Assembly (NCBI GenBank): GCA_963827755.1
Contig: CAWHCQ010000046.1
Span: 1-25,918 of the forward strand
Length of the DNA stretch: 25,918 bases
Direction of reading: 5' to 3'
Source: an uncultured Gammaproteobacteria bacterium
GTDB lineage: Bacteria > Pseudomonadota > Gammaproteobacteria > UBA9214
Below the pieces are notes generated by a model. The model did not search any database. It was given only the letters and a program-made list of their open reading frames with translations, and had not been told where the DNA came from. This document shows, in pieces, positions 1-9,949 of the stretch (positions are counted from its first letter, which is position 1; every line of letters starts with the position of its first letter). The translations under genes were made by a program, and so were the position numbers.

Positions 1-250
1 TTGCCGAAACCTGCCCGACCTCTACATCCTTGAATTTCACCTTTGTCTTGCCGGCCTCCAGGCCTTCAGCCGTCTTGAAGACAATGGTAATGGTCGGGCC
101 GCGTTCGGAATATGCCTGCCAGGCTACCCATGCACCGATCAATGCTGCAACCAGCGGGATTAGCCAGACGATCGAGAAACCGCTGCGCGTGGTGGCTACG
201 GCTTCCGGAATGGCATCATCAGACAGCGGATCAGGATGCGGGCTTGTCAT
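1..250 (-). CDS. pqiB: Intermembrane lipid transport protein PqiB (MCE/MlaD domain), 5' part; runs off the window
   Basis: Not in the ORF track. Manual translation from ATG at 250 gives MTSPHPDPLSDDAIPEAVATTRSGFSIVWLIPLVAALIGAWVAWQAYSERGPTITIVFKTAEGLEAGKTKVKFKDVEVGQVSA, with the PqiB motifs VWLIP, GPxITIxF and AEGLEAGKTKVK. Overlaps the pqiA stop. Confidence 0.93.
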   Translation of the reverse strand, partial: MTSPHPDPLSDDAIPEAVATTRSGFSIVWLIPLVAALIGAWVAWQAYSERGPTITIVFKTAEGLEAGKTKVKFKDVEVGQVSA

Positions 251-882
251 GTATCGGTTCCATGTTGTCCCAGATTTCCCGGGGATCAAAAGTCAGGGCA
301 GCAAAAATTGTAATTATCACAACAGCACCAAAGAATATCGCACCCGGGCCCGCTTCAATAGTGGCGAGATTTCCCAACTGTACCAGCGCAACAAGGATAG
401 TGACGACATAGATGTCGGTCATGGACCAGCGCCCCACGGCTTCGGTCATACGATACAGACGCGCCCGCTCCTGCGGTTGCCATTGGGATTTTCGCTGCAC
501 CGAGATCAGCAGGTAGGTAAGCGTGAAAAGCTTTGCCAGCGGCACCACCACACTGGCAACAAATATCACCAGCCCGATTGGCCACTCACCATGGAGCAGA
601 AAGTAGATAACCCCGCTCATGATGGTATCTTCCTGTACGTTACCCAGCGATGTCACTTGCGTCATCGGCAACAGGTTGGCCGGTATGTAACAAATATATG
701 CCGCAATCACCAGCGCCCAGGTCCGCGAAATACTGCCTGGTTTACGGGAATGCAGGGCCGCGCCACAACGCGGACAGGTGACCTGTGCATGCTTTTCCGA
801 CAAGTTCACCTTGCTTAGCAGGTTACAGCTGTGACATCCGATCAGACCGGCACCTTGCAGCGGTTTTCTCAACAGCCGTCAT
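231..882 (-). CDS. pqiA: Paraquat-inducible protein A, second single-domain copy; probable +1 frameshift near 851
   Basis: CHSC...CPRC, SRTWAL, YIPANLLPM, GRWSMTDIYVV and FDPREIWD motifs. The likely true start is ATG 882, which overlaps the upstream TGA (ATGA). It gives MTAVEKTAA(R/S)AGLIGCHSC once one base is removed. The ORF track uses TTG 872. Confidence 0.9.
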
Positions 883-1489
883 TTTCGGTAACTCACCTGT
901 TGCCAAACGAGCCTGGGATCCAGGCTGGCCGCTGCGGCTGCCAGTACGAAAATAAGCAGCTGCAAATGACCACAATGCGAGACCCGGGAACGATCTGCGC
1001 CATACCTACCAGTTTCACCACCGCGACCAGGATCCCGATCATGAAAACCTCCATCATGCCCCAGGGCTGCAGACTGTGAAAAAACCGGAAAATGGTTCCC
1101 AGTTTCCAGGGTGTGTGATTCAGGTACAGGGGTAGTAATACGTAGGCCAGCACAAGCAGCTGTAACAACGGCACCACAATGGTGGTCAGCAACACCAGCA
1201 GAGACAGCTCCCACATGCCTGCGTTGTATAAATCAATGACACCGGAGGCCAGGGTTGTCTGTGTAACCTGGCCCTGCATCTTGAAGGCAAGAAACGGGAA
1301 GGCATTGGCGACTACGAACAGCACCAGGCCCGCGAGTGTCAATGCAAGCGATCGCTCGATGCTGTTGTTAATACTGCGATGCAACACGGCATTACAGCGC
1401 CGGCACCTGGCAACACCCCCGCCCGGCTGTGCGGGGATTCGCAGCAGCAGGTCACATTCATGACAGGCGATTAAATTCCCGTTTGTCAT
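879..1489 (-). CDS. pqiA: Paraquat-inducible protein A, first single-domain copy; two apparent +1 frameshifts near 985 and 958
   Basis: LIACHECDLL...CRRC, VANAFPFL and PWGMMEVFMIGILVAVVKL motifs. The C-terminus continues across frames as PGLALWSFA-LLIFVLAAAAASLDPRLVW (end of ORF 879..1214). Confidence 0.88.
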
Positions 1490-1598
1490 CAGTGGTGGAG
1501 CAGCCCTGTTTTCATGAAAATACACCGGGTTTATCTTACTATAACTTGACTGCTGTTTGTTTTATTAAAGGCATGCACAAGGTCGATAAAGCCCCCGG

Positions 1599-4500
1599 TT
1601 ATTGCACCTTTTTCCCTGGTTCCTTTTCCGCAGCCCGGCTGAGCTCTTCAAGCTTCGCACAACCCATGCCAAACTCGTCTTCCTTGTCGAAAAATCCCCA
1701 GAACTTCTCAAGCACTTTCACCGAGATAGCCACCCCGGGCAACAATGCCATTGTGCCAATTTCCGCGACAGCTGCCTTGACAGGTATCGCGTCGACCCTG
1801 GGGTTCTTCATCGGACCGGAGATTTTTACCGGTGAAATCTGGGAAAATACGCGTTTTTTCTGCTTCGGAAGCAGCACAATATCCAGCGTCTCTTTTTCCA
1901 GATCAAGGTTGATACGCCCGCCAAGGCTCAATGCCGGCCCGTCCGCGATAATTGCCGTGCTGGTAATCATCCCGTCACTTGAATCAAATGACATTCGCAC
2001 GCAATTAAGGTCGGCATAGCTGTCCTGCACAAGTGATTTTGATCCGACCCAGCCAAGCACATCAGCCGAAAGAAAGGTTACATATTTCTTCGGGATGCGC
2101 GCATTCTCCAGCCCGAGGCTGATCGTCCCGTTCAGGCTGGATGCCAGCTGGTGCAGTGAATGGCCCCTTGCCGTCACCTCCGCATGCAGACTTGAAGAAC
2201 CACGTATCGGCACATCACTTTCCAGCCGTGCCAGCAGCGAGTCCAGCTTGACTTCATTACTGATGATCCTGACCCTGTATTCAGGGATCGCTGCATCCCG
2301 CAGATTGAATACAATCTCCGAGCGCCCTCCCTCAAAGTTCAAATGCAACGGCGCAACAACCAGCCGGCCGTCTTTAATACTGACATGGCCATCGACACTA
2401 TCAATACGCATGGCCCGGCCTGCTACCTCATCGACGATCAGATCAAGTTCAAGATCAAGACTGTTCAGGAATGCGGTTCGCAGGGGTACGCGGCTGAAGA
2501 TTTGATTGTCGTCTCGAGCGGGACCCGCAGCCTTGCCGGTCTTCTTTACCGCTTCCCTGCCCAGACCAACGTCGGCCAGATACAGCACCGGTAACTCGAA
2601 TTTCCCGCTTAATTGCAGTTTTCCATGGCGCAGCACTCCATCAAGCCCGGTCGTTCCGTATGAACGTCCCAGGTGCGTATTACCCTGGTAGCTAAACTTT
2701 CCCCCGCTAGCCAGCAGCGTCCCCCCGGTTCGAAAGGACCCTGATTCCGGCAATTTCATTCCAAGTGCCTTGCCCAGTGCCGGCATGTCATCAACAGCAA
2801 GAGCAATCTTGATATTGCCCTGGTCGAAGTGCGCCAGATCATCATAACTGCCACTGATGTCCAGCTGATGGATACTCGTCTTGCTGGAGACAAGACTGAT
2901 TTTATCAATGCCCCAGCTGCCATCCATATCGGAGATCCTGGTCTTGCCGTGCACATAACCCAGGTATGCGGGTTTGATATCACTGACTGCGGCAACCAGG
3001 TCAGCCAGCGCCACATCAAAGTCAAAATCAAGGCTACTGCCCTTGTTCAATTCTGTTACCAGGCTTCCACCAGCCTTTATAATCGGTCGATCCGGATGTC
3101 CCGCACTGAAGCGGGCATTCTCAAGCCGCAGCTCACTGCCCTTGATACCGATATCGCCTGAAAGCGCCGCCCGCCCCAGGTCCGGCCACTGGTGACGGAA
3201 CTGCCTGCCCAGCCTGGCCAGGTCCATGGTGCTTGTCTTTAACCTGAGGGCCGATTTCCTGATCTCTTTACCGCCAACCAGCGGAATATACCCGACATCG
3301 CCCAGCACGGAGAGATGGGTGCCCTGCCTGTTGCCTATGCTGATATCGATGTCATGCAGACCGACTGCATCGAGACCCAGCGCCATGACGGCAGAACCCG
3401 TGACGCCCCCGATATCCGGGAATTTGCGGCGGCCGGTCATGTAAAATCCGGAGGTTTTCGGCGCCCTGATTTTTACGCTAAACCCGGCATCGCGCCTGTT
3501 GAACTCATGTCCTTTAGTGAAGATCTCACCCGAGCCACCCAGCAACAGGTTCAGACCCTCCGGGGTCAGCGCATCCACATCCAGGTCAGAAATGAAATAG
3601 CGTGAATCGCGTTTCTCGAGTACCGCCTTCAGGCTGATCGAACTCAAGCGTTCCTGCTGGCGGAACAACAGCCACGAGAGCAACGCCAGATTGTCAGTCT
3701 GAGCGCTTACGCGCAACCTGGCGCCTTCTCCGGTAATGACATTCGCGACATCCCCGCTCACCGTCAGGTCGGTGCGCCCTCCTCGTTGCAGGCGCAAATC
3801 GATATCTTCAAGACGCGGAGCAGCAAGATCTCCGCGAAGCAGTGCCGTGACCTCGAGATTGCCAAGCGCGGGAATATCATTGCCGAAGATTTCAAAGAAT
3901 TCTTCCAGCCTCTCGACATCCGCCTGTACATCCAGATCCAGGCCCTCACCGGCGAGCAGGTCTGTAAAAGTGCCTTTGAGGGTGATATTGATTTTTTCGC
4001 TGGCAAACTCAAGCCTTATCGGCTTGGGCTTGACCGTATCCTGCATCGTGTCCAGCGGTGGCAACAAGCCGACAAGCCTGAAGGCCTGTTCCTCGAACAC
4101 ACCGCCGGCCCGGACTTCCACAGACCCGTCCGGGTTGACGTCATCGATGAAGAGATTATCCAGGGTAAACCTGTGCAGGGTGCCGGGGGCCGCCTCCTGG
4201 TATTCGACAACCAGGCTGTTGATCTGCAGACTGGCGATCAGCTCCGACGGGATGGCAAAACCGGCCACTCCCCCGCCGCCCTCGGTCTCGTTGATCTTCA
4301 GAACAAGATCACCGAGCACGAGTTCGTCAACCCGGTGCGCCCCGGTGAACAGCGATACCGGGCGAAAATGCAGCCTGAACGCATTTGTTTCCAGCGAAAA
4401 ACTGCCATCATGTGCATGCAAGCTGATCGCGTCCGCTGCAAGCGAAACACCTTGCGAGTAACGCACGGACAGCGGACCTGAAACATGCAACTCGCTATCG

Positions 4501-4709
4501 AGAAAATAATCGGCCGACCAGACAAGCACACGTTGATAATCAGTCTCGTCAAACACGGCCAGCAGGACAGCAACAAGCAACACCACGCCCGCCAGCAAGG
4601 CGAACAAAACCAACCCCGCCCGCGTTACCCAGGCCAGTAATACAGGCTTGTATTTATTGTTTTCTTTCAATTTGTTATATAAACTTCCTGATACTTGAAT
4701 GAAGAGCAA
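1599..4709 (-). CDS. AsmA-family (AsmA-like, bridge-type lipid transport) envelope protein
   Basis: 1036-aa ORF with one N-terminal hydrophobic anchor and a long beta-strand-rich, Gly/Leu/Asp-rich body. The C-terminus is AsmA-like (SSLNGTISL...LNCVRMSF...GGRINLDLEKETLDIVLLP...PVKISGPMKNPRV). Start uncertain (TTG 4709 or TTG 4670). Confidence 0.8.
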   Translation of the reverse strand: MLFIQVSGSLYNKLKENNKYKPVLLAWVTRAGLVLFALLAGVVLLVAVLLAVFDETDYQRVLVWSADYFLDSELHVSGPLSVRYSQGVSLAADAISLHAHDGSFSLETNAFRLHFRPVSLFTGAHRVDELVLGDLVLKINETEGGGGVAGFAIPSELIASLQINSLVVEYQEAAPGTLHRFTLDNLFIDDVNPDGSVEVRAGGVFEEQAFRLVGLLPPLDTMQDTVKPKPIRLEFASEKINITLKGTFTDLLAGEGLDLDVQADVERLEEFFEIFGNDIPALGNLEVTALLRGDLAAPRLEDIDLRLQRGGRTDLTVSGDVANVITGEGARLRVSAQTDNLALLSWLLFRQQERLSSISLKAVLEKRDSRYFISDLDVDALTPEGLNLLLGGSGEIFTKGHEFNRRDAGFSVKIRAPKTSGFYMTGRRKFPDIGGVTGSAVMALGLDAVGLHDIDISIGNRQGTHLSVLGDVGYIPLVGGKEIRKSALRLKTSTMDLARLGRQFRHQWPDLGRAALSGDIGIKGSELRLENARFSAGHPDRPIIKAGGSLVTELNKGSSLDFDFDVALADLVAAVSDIKPAYLGYVHGKTRISDMDGSWGIDKISLVSSKTSIHQLDISGSYDDLAHFDQGNIKIALAVDDMPALGKALGMKLPESGSFRTGGTLLASGGKFSYQGNTHLGRSYGTTGLDGVLRHGKLQLSGKFELPVLYLADVGLGREAVKKTGKAAGPARDDNQIFSRVPLRTAFLNSLDLELDLIVDEVAGRAMRIDSVDGHVSIKDGRLVVAPLHLNFEGGRSEIVFNLRDAAIPEYRVRIISNEVKLDSLLARLESDVPIRGSSSLHAEVTARGHSLHQLASSLNGTISLGLENARIPKKYVTFLSADVLGWVGSKSLVQDSYADLNCVRMSFDSSDGMITSTAIIADGPALSLGGRINLDLEKETLDIVLLPKQKKRVFSQISPVKISGPMKNPRVDAIPVKAAVAEIGTMALLPGVAISVKVLEKFWGFFDKEDEFGMGCAKLEELSRAAEKEPGKKVQ

Positions 4710-4910
4710 ACAAACCCGTGCGCCGACTACCCGATTCTACGTAATGCAGCCCGGGCCTGCACATTCCCGTGTACCGTCCGCGAATGAACAGGAAACTCGC
4801 GCAGCAACCAGTTGTCCTTCATAATACGCGCAACCGGGGCACGCAGGGCGCAACCGGCACGCGGGCATATTCGAACAGCTGCAACACATCAAATCACAGG
4901 AGCAAGAACG

Positions 4911-5607
4911 ATGACCAAGCACACCCCGACACTTCAAGCCAGTCGATTTTCCATGGTCGGCAAGCGACTGCTGGCTGCCTCCCTGGTACTGGTGCTCGCG
5001 GCTCCGGGCTGCATGACGACTGACCCGTATACCGGTGAAAGAGAAGTCAACAAGACAACCAAGGGTGCAGGCATCGGCGCGCTGGCCGGCGTTCTGACCG
5101 CTGTAGTCGTTGGCGGTGACCGCAAGAAACTGATGATCGGTGCCGGAATAGGCGCACTGGCCGGTGGTGCCGTGGGATACTACATGGACACGCCAGGAAG
5201 ACAAGCTGCGCATGCAACTGCAAAGTACCGGCGTCAGCGTCACCCGCAGCGGTGACAATATCATTCTGAACATGCCGGGCAATGTGACCTTTGCAACGGG
5301 TTCGAGCGACATTTCCGCCAACTTCTACGAGGTACTCAATTCTGTTGTGCTGGTACTCAATGAATTCGAGAAGACCTATATCGATATTACCGGTCATACT
5401 GACAATACCGGTTCGGCTTCACTCAACCAGCAACTCTCCGAGGCACGCGCCAGCAGTGTTTCCCGCTACTTCCAGTCTCAGGGCGTTTTGTCACAGCGCA
5501 TCGTCACCAAGGGTATGGGCTTCAACCAGCCGATCGCTTCAAACGATACGCCCGAAGGCCGTTCGATGAATCGCCGTGTTGAAATCCTGCTGACACCGAT
5601 CACCTAG
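4911..5607 (+). CDS. yiaD: OmpA-family lipoprotein (YiaD-like: glycine zipper plus OmpA_C); +1 frameshift near 5190
   Basis: AGGAG RBS before ATG 4911. Lipobox LAAPG-C, then TTDPYTGE and glycine zippers GAGIGALAG. GYYMD-(extra a)-RQEDKLR joins the second frame, which carries ITGHTDNTGS...NQQLSEARA...NRRVEI. Confidence 0.9.
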
Positions 5608-5658
5608 GAATTATCCCGGGTACTCCCGTTAGCGCATTCCAGCCAAACTGCCAGTATA

Positions 5659-5691
5659 CCGCCGGCCGGGTTTTCTCAAACCGGCCGGCGG
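5659..5691. terminator. GC-rich hairpin downstream of the OmpA gene; possible terminator or mRNA stabiliser
   Basis: CCGCCGGCCGG-g-TTT-tctc-AAA-CCGGCCGGCGG: a perfect 11-bp stem plus 3 bp beyond a 1-nt bulge. No clear U tract. Confidence 0.5.
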
Positions 5692-5820
5692 CACCCGGTC
5701 GGCAGATATGACCGCTGTAACACACAATCCCGGAGTAAAAAACGCGACGGGTGAACCCCTCCCCCATGCGTCCGGAACAGTAACGCTGGAACAAGGCGAC
5801 TGCTGCAAGTAGGTAAGCGC

Positions 5821-7399
5821 GTGGACAAACCAGACCTGGAGACCTCTCCCGCCAGTTCAACACAGGCCGGCAGCGATGAATTGATCAGGGCGCTGCAGGA
5901 TCCTTCGCTCTACCCCCATCCCGTCAAGCACTTCACGGTCATCGAAACGCATATCTCCTGGGTGATTCTTACCGGGGATTACGCCTACAAGATCAAAAAG
6001 CCGGTCAATCTCGGCTTCGTGGATTTCTCGACGCTTGCCAGGCGAGAACATTTTTGCGCCGAGGAACTGCGCCTGAACCGGCGATTCGCGCCGGAACTTT
6101 ACCTGGAAGTGGTCACCATCAGGGGCAGCCGGACACAACCGCGCCTTGGAGGTGACGGAGCGGCCGTCGAATATGCCGTCAAGATGCGTGAATTCACCCA
6201 GCACAGCCTGCTCAGCACCTGTGCAAGCGAACATCGCCTGGAACCCGCGCACATCGATTCCATGGCCGCTGTCATTGCTGACTTCCATGGCCGGGCGCAA
6301 CGCGCGGATGCAAACTCTCCATTCGGAACCTGTGACACCTTCCTCAAATGGAGCCGGGAGAACTTCGAACATATCGAAGCCGCATTGCCTGCACATGTAT
6401 TGCCCGATGGTTTCGATGCCCTGAAAAAGTGGTGCCATTTGCTGAGCGAAGCACAGCAAGACACCATCAATGAAAGACCGGCCAATGGTTTCGTGCGCGA
6501 GTGCCATGGCGACCTTCACCTTGGTAACATGGCGCTGATCGATGACCAGGTCACGTTGTTCGATTGCATCGAATTCAATGCGGAACTGCGCTGGATCGAT
6601 ACTGCAAGCGAGGTTGCCTTCCTCCTCATGGATCTGCAGGCTCACGGGTACCCCGGGTTTGCCTGGCGGTTCATCAACTGTTATCTGCAGGCATGCGGCG
6701 ACTATTCCGCGCTCGCGGTACTGCGCCGCTACCTGGTTTACCGGGCCCTGGTGCGTGCCAAGGTAGAGGCATTGCGCGTGCAGCAACACGACTACCGCTG
6801 CAAACAACAAGCCAGTCACCTGCCAGGGCGCATCAACATACCTGGACCTGGCCATGAACTGGTCAAAATATGCCCGCCCCGCCCTGGTCGTGATGCATGG
6901 CTTCTCCGGGTCGGGAAAATCAACCTGTGCCGGGCAACTCGTCGAGGCCCTGGGGGCCATCCAGATCCGCTCGGATGTCGAGCGCAAACGCCTGTTTGAT
7001 CTTGACCCGTATGACACCTCCGGTTCTGCGACCGGGCAGGGTATTTATACCACCGATGCCACCGAACAGACCTATAACCGCCTTGCCGAACTGGCAGGCA
7101 TTATTATACAGGCAGGTTTTACGGCGATTGTCGACGCAAGTTTCCTGAAAGCATCACAACGAGATCAATTCACACGACTGGCCAGTCAATGCCGGGTACC
7201 GCATATCTTCATTAGCTGCGGTGCCGCGGAGAGCGTATTGCGCGAACGCATCAGGCAACGCAGCGCGCATGAAACAGACCCCTCCGAGGCCACCCTTGCC
7301 GTGCTGCAACATCAGATAGCGTCGCATGATGCCCTGACCGGGGAGGAACTGGCACACGCCCTCGCACCGACTCCTTCCCGGCCAGTCCTTGCAGCCTGA
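5821..7399 (+). CDS. Bifunctional aminoglycoside-phosphotransferase-like kinase / P-loop (AAA_33-type) ATP-binding protein; +1 frameshift at about 6785-6835
   Basis: N-half: ETHISWV, AYKIKKPV, ECHGDLHLGN, FDCIEFN, YRALVRAKV. C-half (ORF 6854..7399, preceded in frame by YLDLA): Walker A GFSGSGKST, IRSDVERKRL, VDASFL, DPSEAT. Confidence 0.9.
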
Positions 7400-7491
7400 A
7401 CAACTGGACATACTGAAACAGCGGATTACTTCTCACAACCCGGACTGAAACAGGCAAGACCACGGACGTGCACGGCAACAGTTCTGCAAGC

Positions 7492-7910
7492 TCAAACGAA
7501 GCTGATACTGCTCGTGGCTTCTGTGCCTTCGCGAAGATTGACCGATACCGGGCAGCCCTTCATGGCACCGCTAACAACCTCGATGTCTTCCTGGCGCGCC
7601 TCACCCGCATGCAGACTGCCCTCGAACTCGACATGCAGTGTTTTTATCTCCCAGTTCGCGCCGTCGTCACGTTGACCGAGCCGCGCGCCGAATCCAGTGT
7701 CAGTCCCTGCCTGGCCGCAGTCACGCGAAACAGGCGATGCTGGCAATGGAAAATGGCATAGACAAAGATCAGGAAACCCGGTGACTGAAGGCCCGGCACG
7801 AATGCCTCCCACGCGCCCTCGTTAAAGTGTTCAACCTCAAGCCCTGTAACCTCATTTTCACTGCCCGTATAAGCACAGGACAGGCGCATGTTGAATGTTC
7901 GATCAGTCAT
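7492..7910 (-). CDS. Hypothetical protein, probably a divergent OsmC/Ohr-like fold; frameshift near 7662
   Basis: GGAG RBS before ATG 7910. Joining ORF 7644..7910 to the 3' part of ORF 7492..7812 gives about 139 aa with two cysteines at OsmC-like positions (LIFVYAIFHC and C-terminal CPVSVNL). Confidence 0.6.
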
Positions 7911-7975
7911 TGGTGTTCTCCGTAAAAGAGATGACCTTCCTGTTATTCATCCTGCAGCAATGATCCACAATACCC

Positions 7976-7989
7976 GTGACACGTATCAA
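7976..7989 (-). promoter_or_regulatory. Putative FNR/CRP-family binding site upstream of the OsmC-like gene
   Basis: Minus strand TTGAT-acgt-GTCAC (8/10 to TTGAT-N4-ATCAA). A weak -10 (CAGGAT, 7954-7949) lies at class II spacing. Confidence 0.45.
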
Positions 7990-8003
7990 CAATCGACGGG
8001 GTT

Positions 8004-9231
8004 TCAGTACATGCCTGCCAGCAACTGGTAAGCCATAAAGGCCGACGAGGAGACAAATCCGGCTGCCGGGATCCAGACGGGCACACTAAACCCGGCTGAC
8101 GGCGAGTCTGACCGGCGTTTTATGCGCCACAGGGCAAGATTTACCAGGGAAAAAACCATCAGCAGCAGCAGGCTTGCTCCCCGTGCCAGCGTTTCGACCG
8201 GCAGCCACAGCGCCATGACCAGGACGAACAGGGAAACAAGGAAGGTGCTGACCAGCGGTGTGCGCGTGGTTCGATTAACCCTGGAAAAAACGGCCGGCAG
8301 CCACCCCTGTCTTGAAAGTCCGTAGCACACGCGCGAAGCCATGATAATCTGGATCAGCGCTCCGTTCACAACAGCAAACATGGCAATAGTACTGATCAGT
8401 ATTGGCGCATCACCCGTTGCGCGCTGATAAACGAACGCCAGCGGCGCATCCGAGTTTGCCAGCGCCGCCACCGGCCCACTGCTGATTGCAACGAATGCGA
8501 CCGCCATATACAGCAGTGTGGATACAACCAGGGCAATCAGAATTGCCCTTGGCAGGTTGAGCTCCGGATTACGCACCTCCTCTGCCACGTTGACCATGTC
8601 CTCGAATCCAATATAGGCATAAAAAGCCAGCATGCCGCCCAGCATGATGCCATGCCAGTCACTCACGACGACAGGCCTCTGAGATCGACTCAAGCTCCTC
8701 CACGAACGCACCCGCCAACAGGGGCCGCAACCCAGATTACCAGCAGTAATCCGAATATCTCCAGCAACGTCAGCAGCGCAGCCACACGTACCGATTCGAC
8801 AATGCCCCAGGCCGCGAGTGCACCGAGGACAACAACCAGCAATACAATCACCGGTGTCGCCGACAGCGGCAGAAATTGCTGAAAATAGCCGACAAAACCG
8901 CGGGCAATGGTCGCGGCAGAAACAATACCGGCAAGAATGATGAGCAGGCCAACCGCCAGCGGACAAGCAGCTTCAGATTAAACCCGGCCTGCATGTAGAC
9001 AGCTTCCCCGGCGCTCAACGGGTAACGCGAGGAAAGCTCGGCATAGCTAAATGCGGTCAGACCGGCCAGTATGGATGCCACCAGGAAGGACAACGGCGCA
9101 TACTGGCCGGCATTGGCCGCCACCTTGCCTATCAGCACATAGATGCCGGCGCCCAGTATGTTGCCGAGCCCGTACAGGGTAACCAGGGCCAGGGATAATG
9201 AACGTTTAAGGGCGGGTTCAGCGTCTGTCAT
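8004..9231 (-). CDS. APC-family amino acid permease; several frameshifts (about 8960-8970 and 8670-8730)
   Basis: N-terminus LKRSLSL...GLGNILGAGIYVLIG...YAELSSRYP.SAGEAVY. Middle in a third frame (AVGLLIILAGIVSAATIARGFVGY...AAWGIVESVR). C-terminus AFYAYIGFEDMVNVAEEVRNP...MASRVCYGLSRQGWLP...RTP. Confidence 0.88.
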
Positions 9232-9314
9232 CGATTCAAGGCCATACTGAGAGCATGACAAAAGCACCGCTCATTCGGCAGCTTTTCCAACTGATCACAA
9301 CCGATCAAAGGCAG

Positions 9315-9692
9315 TTAATTGTTGCGGCCCTTCGCTGATGCCTGTTCAAACGCCTGTTTGCAGTCGATGCAACGCCGCGCCGTCGGGTAGGCGGTAAGCC
9401 GGTTAATATCGATCGAGGCGCCACAGTCCTGACACACGCCGTACTGACCGGCCTGGATGCGTTGCAGTGCCGCCTCGATGTCCCGCAGTTCGAGGATATG
9501 CTGCACATTGACCCCCTCGTCCACCTGGTGATCAAGGCCGCTGATATAGGAGATCTCGCTGTCCTGTGAATCACTCTGTGTGCGCTCGGGCATGGATTTC
9601 TCATCCTGCAGCTCGGCATGCAAGCGGTGTTGTCGCGCTTCCAGCTCGCTTCGCAAGCTCGAAAGCCGGGCCTGACTGATCGGGTTCGCCAT
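9315..9692 (-). CDS. TraR/DksA-family C4 zinc-finger protein
   Basis: Coiled-coil N-terminus followed by ELRDIEAALQRIQAGQYGVCQDCG..I...RL.AYPTARRCIDCK. GAGG RBS upstream. Confidence 0.92.
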   Translation of the reverse strand: MANPISQARLSSLRSELEARQHRLHAELQDEKSMPERTQSDSQDSEISYISGLDHQVDEGVNVQHILELRDIEAALQRIQAGQYGVCQDCGASIDINRLTAYPTARRCIDCKQAFEQASAKGRNN

Positions 9693-9735
9693 AAGGGTTC
9701 CTCTGGTGTTGTGTTCACAAGCTGTGCCATGAAAG

Positions 9736-9778
9736 AGAGTACCATGCAGCGTTGAGAATCCATCTTGACAAGGATCAA
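9736..9778 (-). promoter_or_regulatory. FNR-type box plus extended -10 (class II activated promoter) for the TraR/DksA gene
   Basis: TTGAT-cctt-GTCAA at 9778-9765 (9/10 to the FNR consensus). TGgTACTCT at 9744-9736 puts the box centre near -41.5/-42.5. Confidence 0.65.
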
Positions 9779-9949
9779 TTCATTCAAACAACACCGGGAT
9801 GTTACCGGAAAGTCGTGCAATCCGGTTCCCCTGCCTGGCTGGCAATGGCTGCAGCTGCATTTATTGCATGGCACTGTGAAATGTTTTTTCACCCATGATG
9901 GCTAAATGCCGAAGGCTGTACCCGTCAGCGTTGACCCGGGTTACATCGT

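Noticed and set aside
5821-7399. Aminoglycoside resistance gene
   Set aside because: The APH-like fold plus P-loop fusion is a widespread family of unknown function, and nothing here indicates resistance.
9292-9307. Palindrome TGATC-N6-GATCA upstream of the permease
   Set aside because: Spacing does not fit FNR (N4), and it is short enough to occur by chance.
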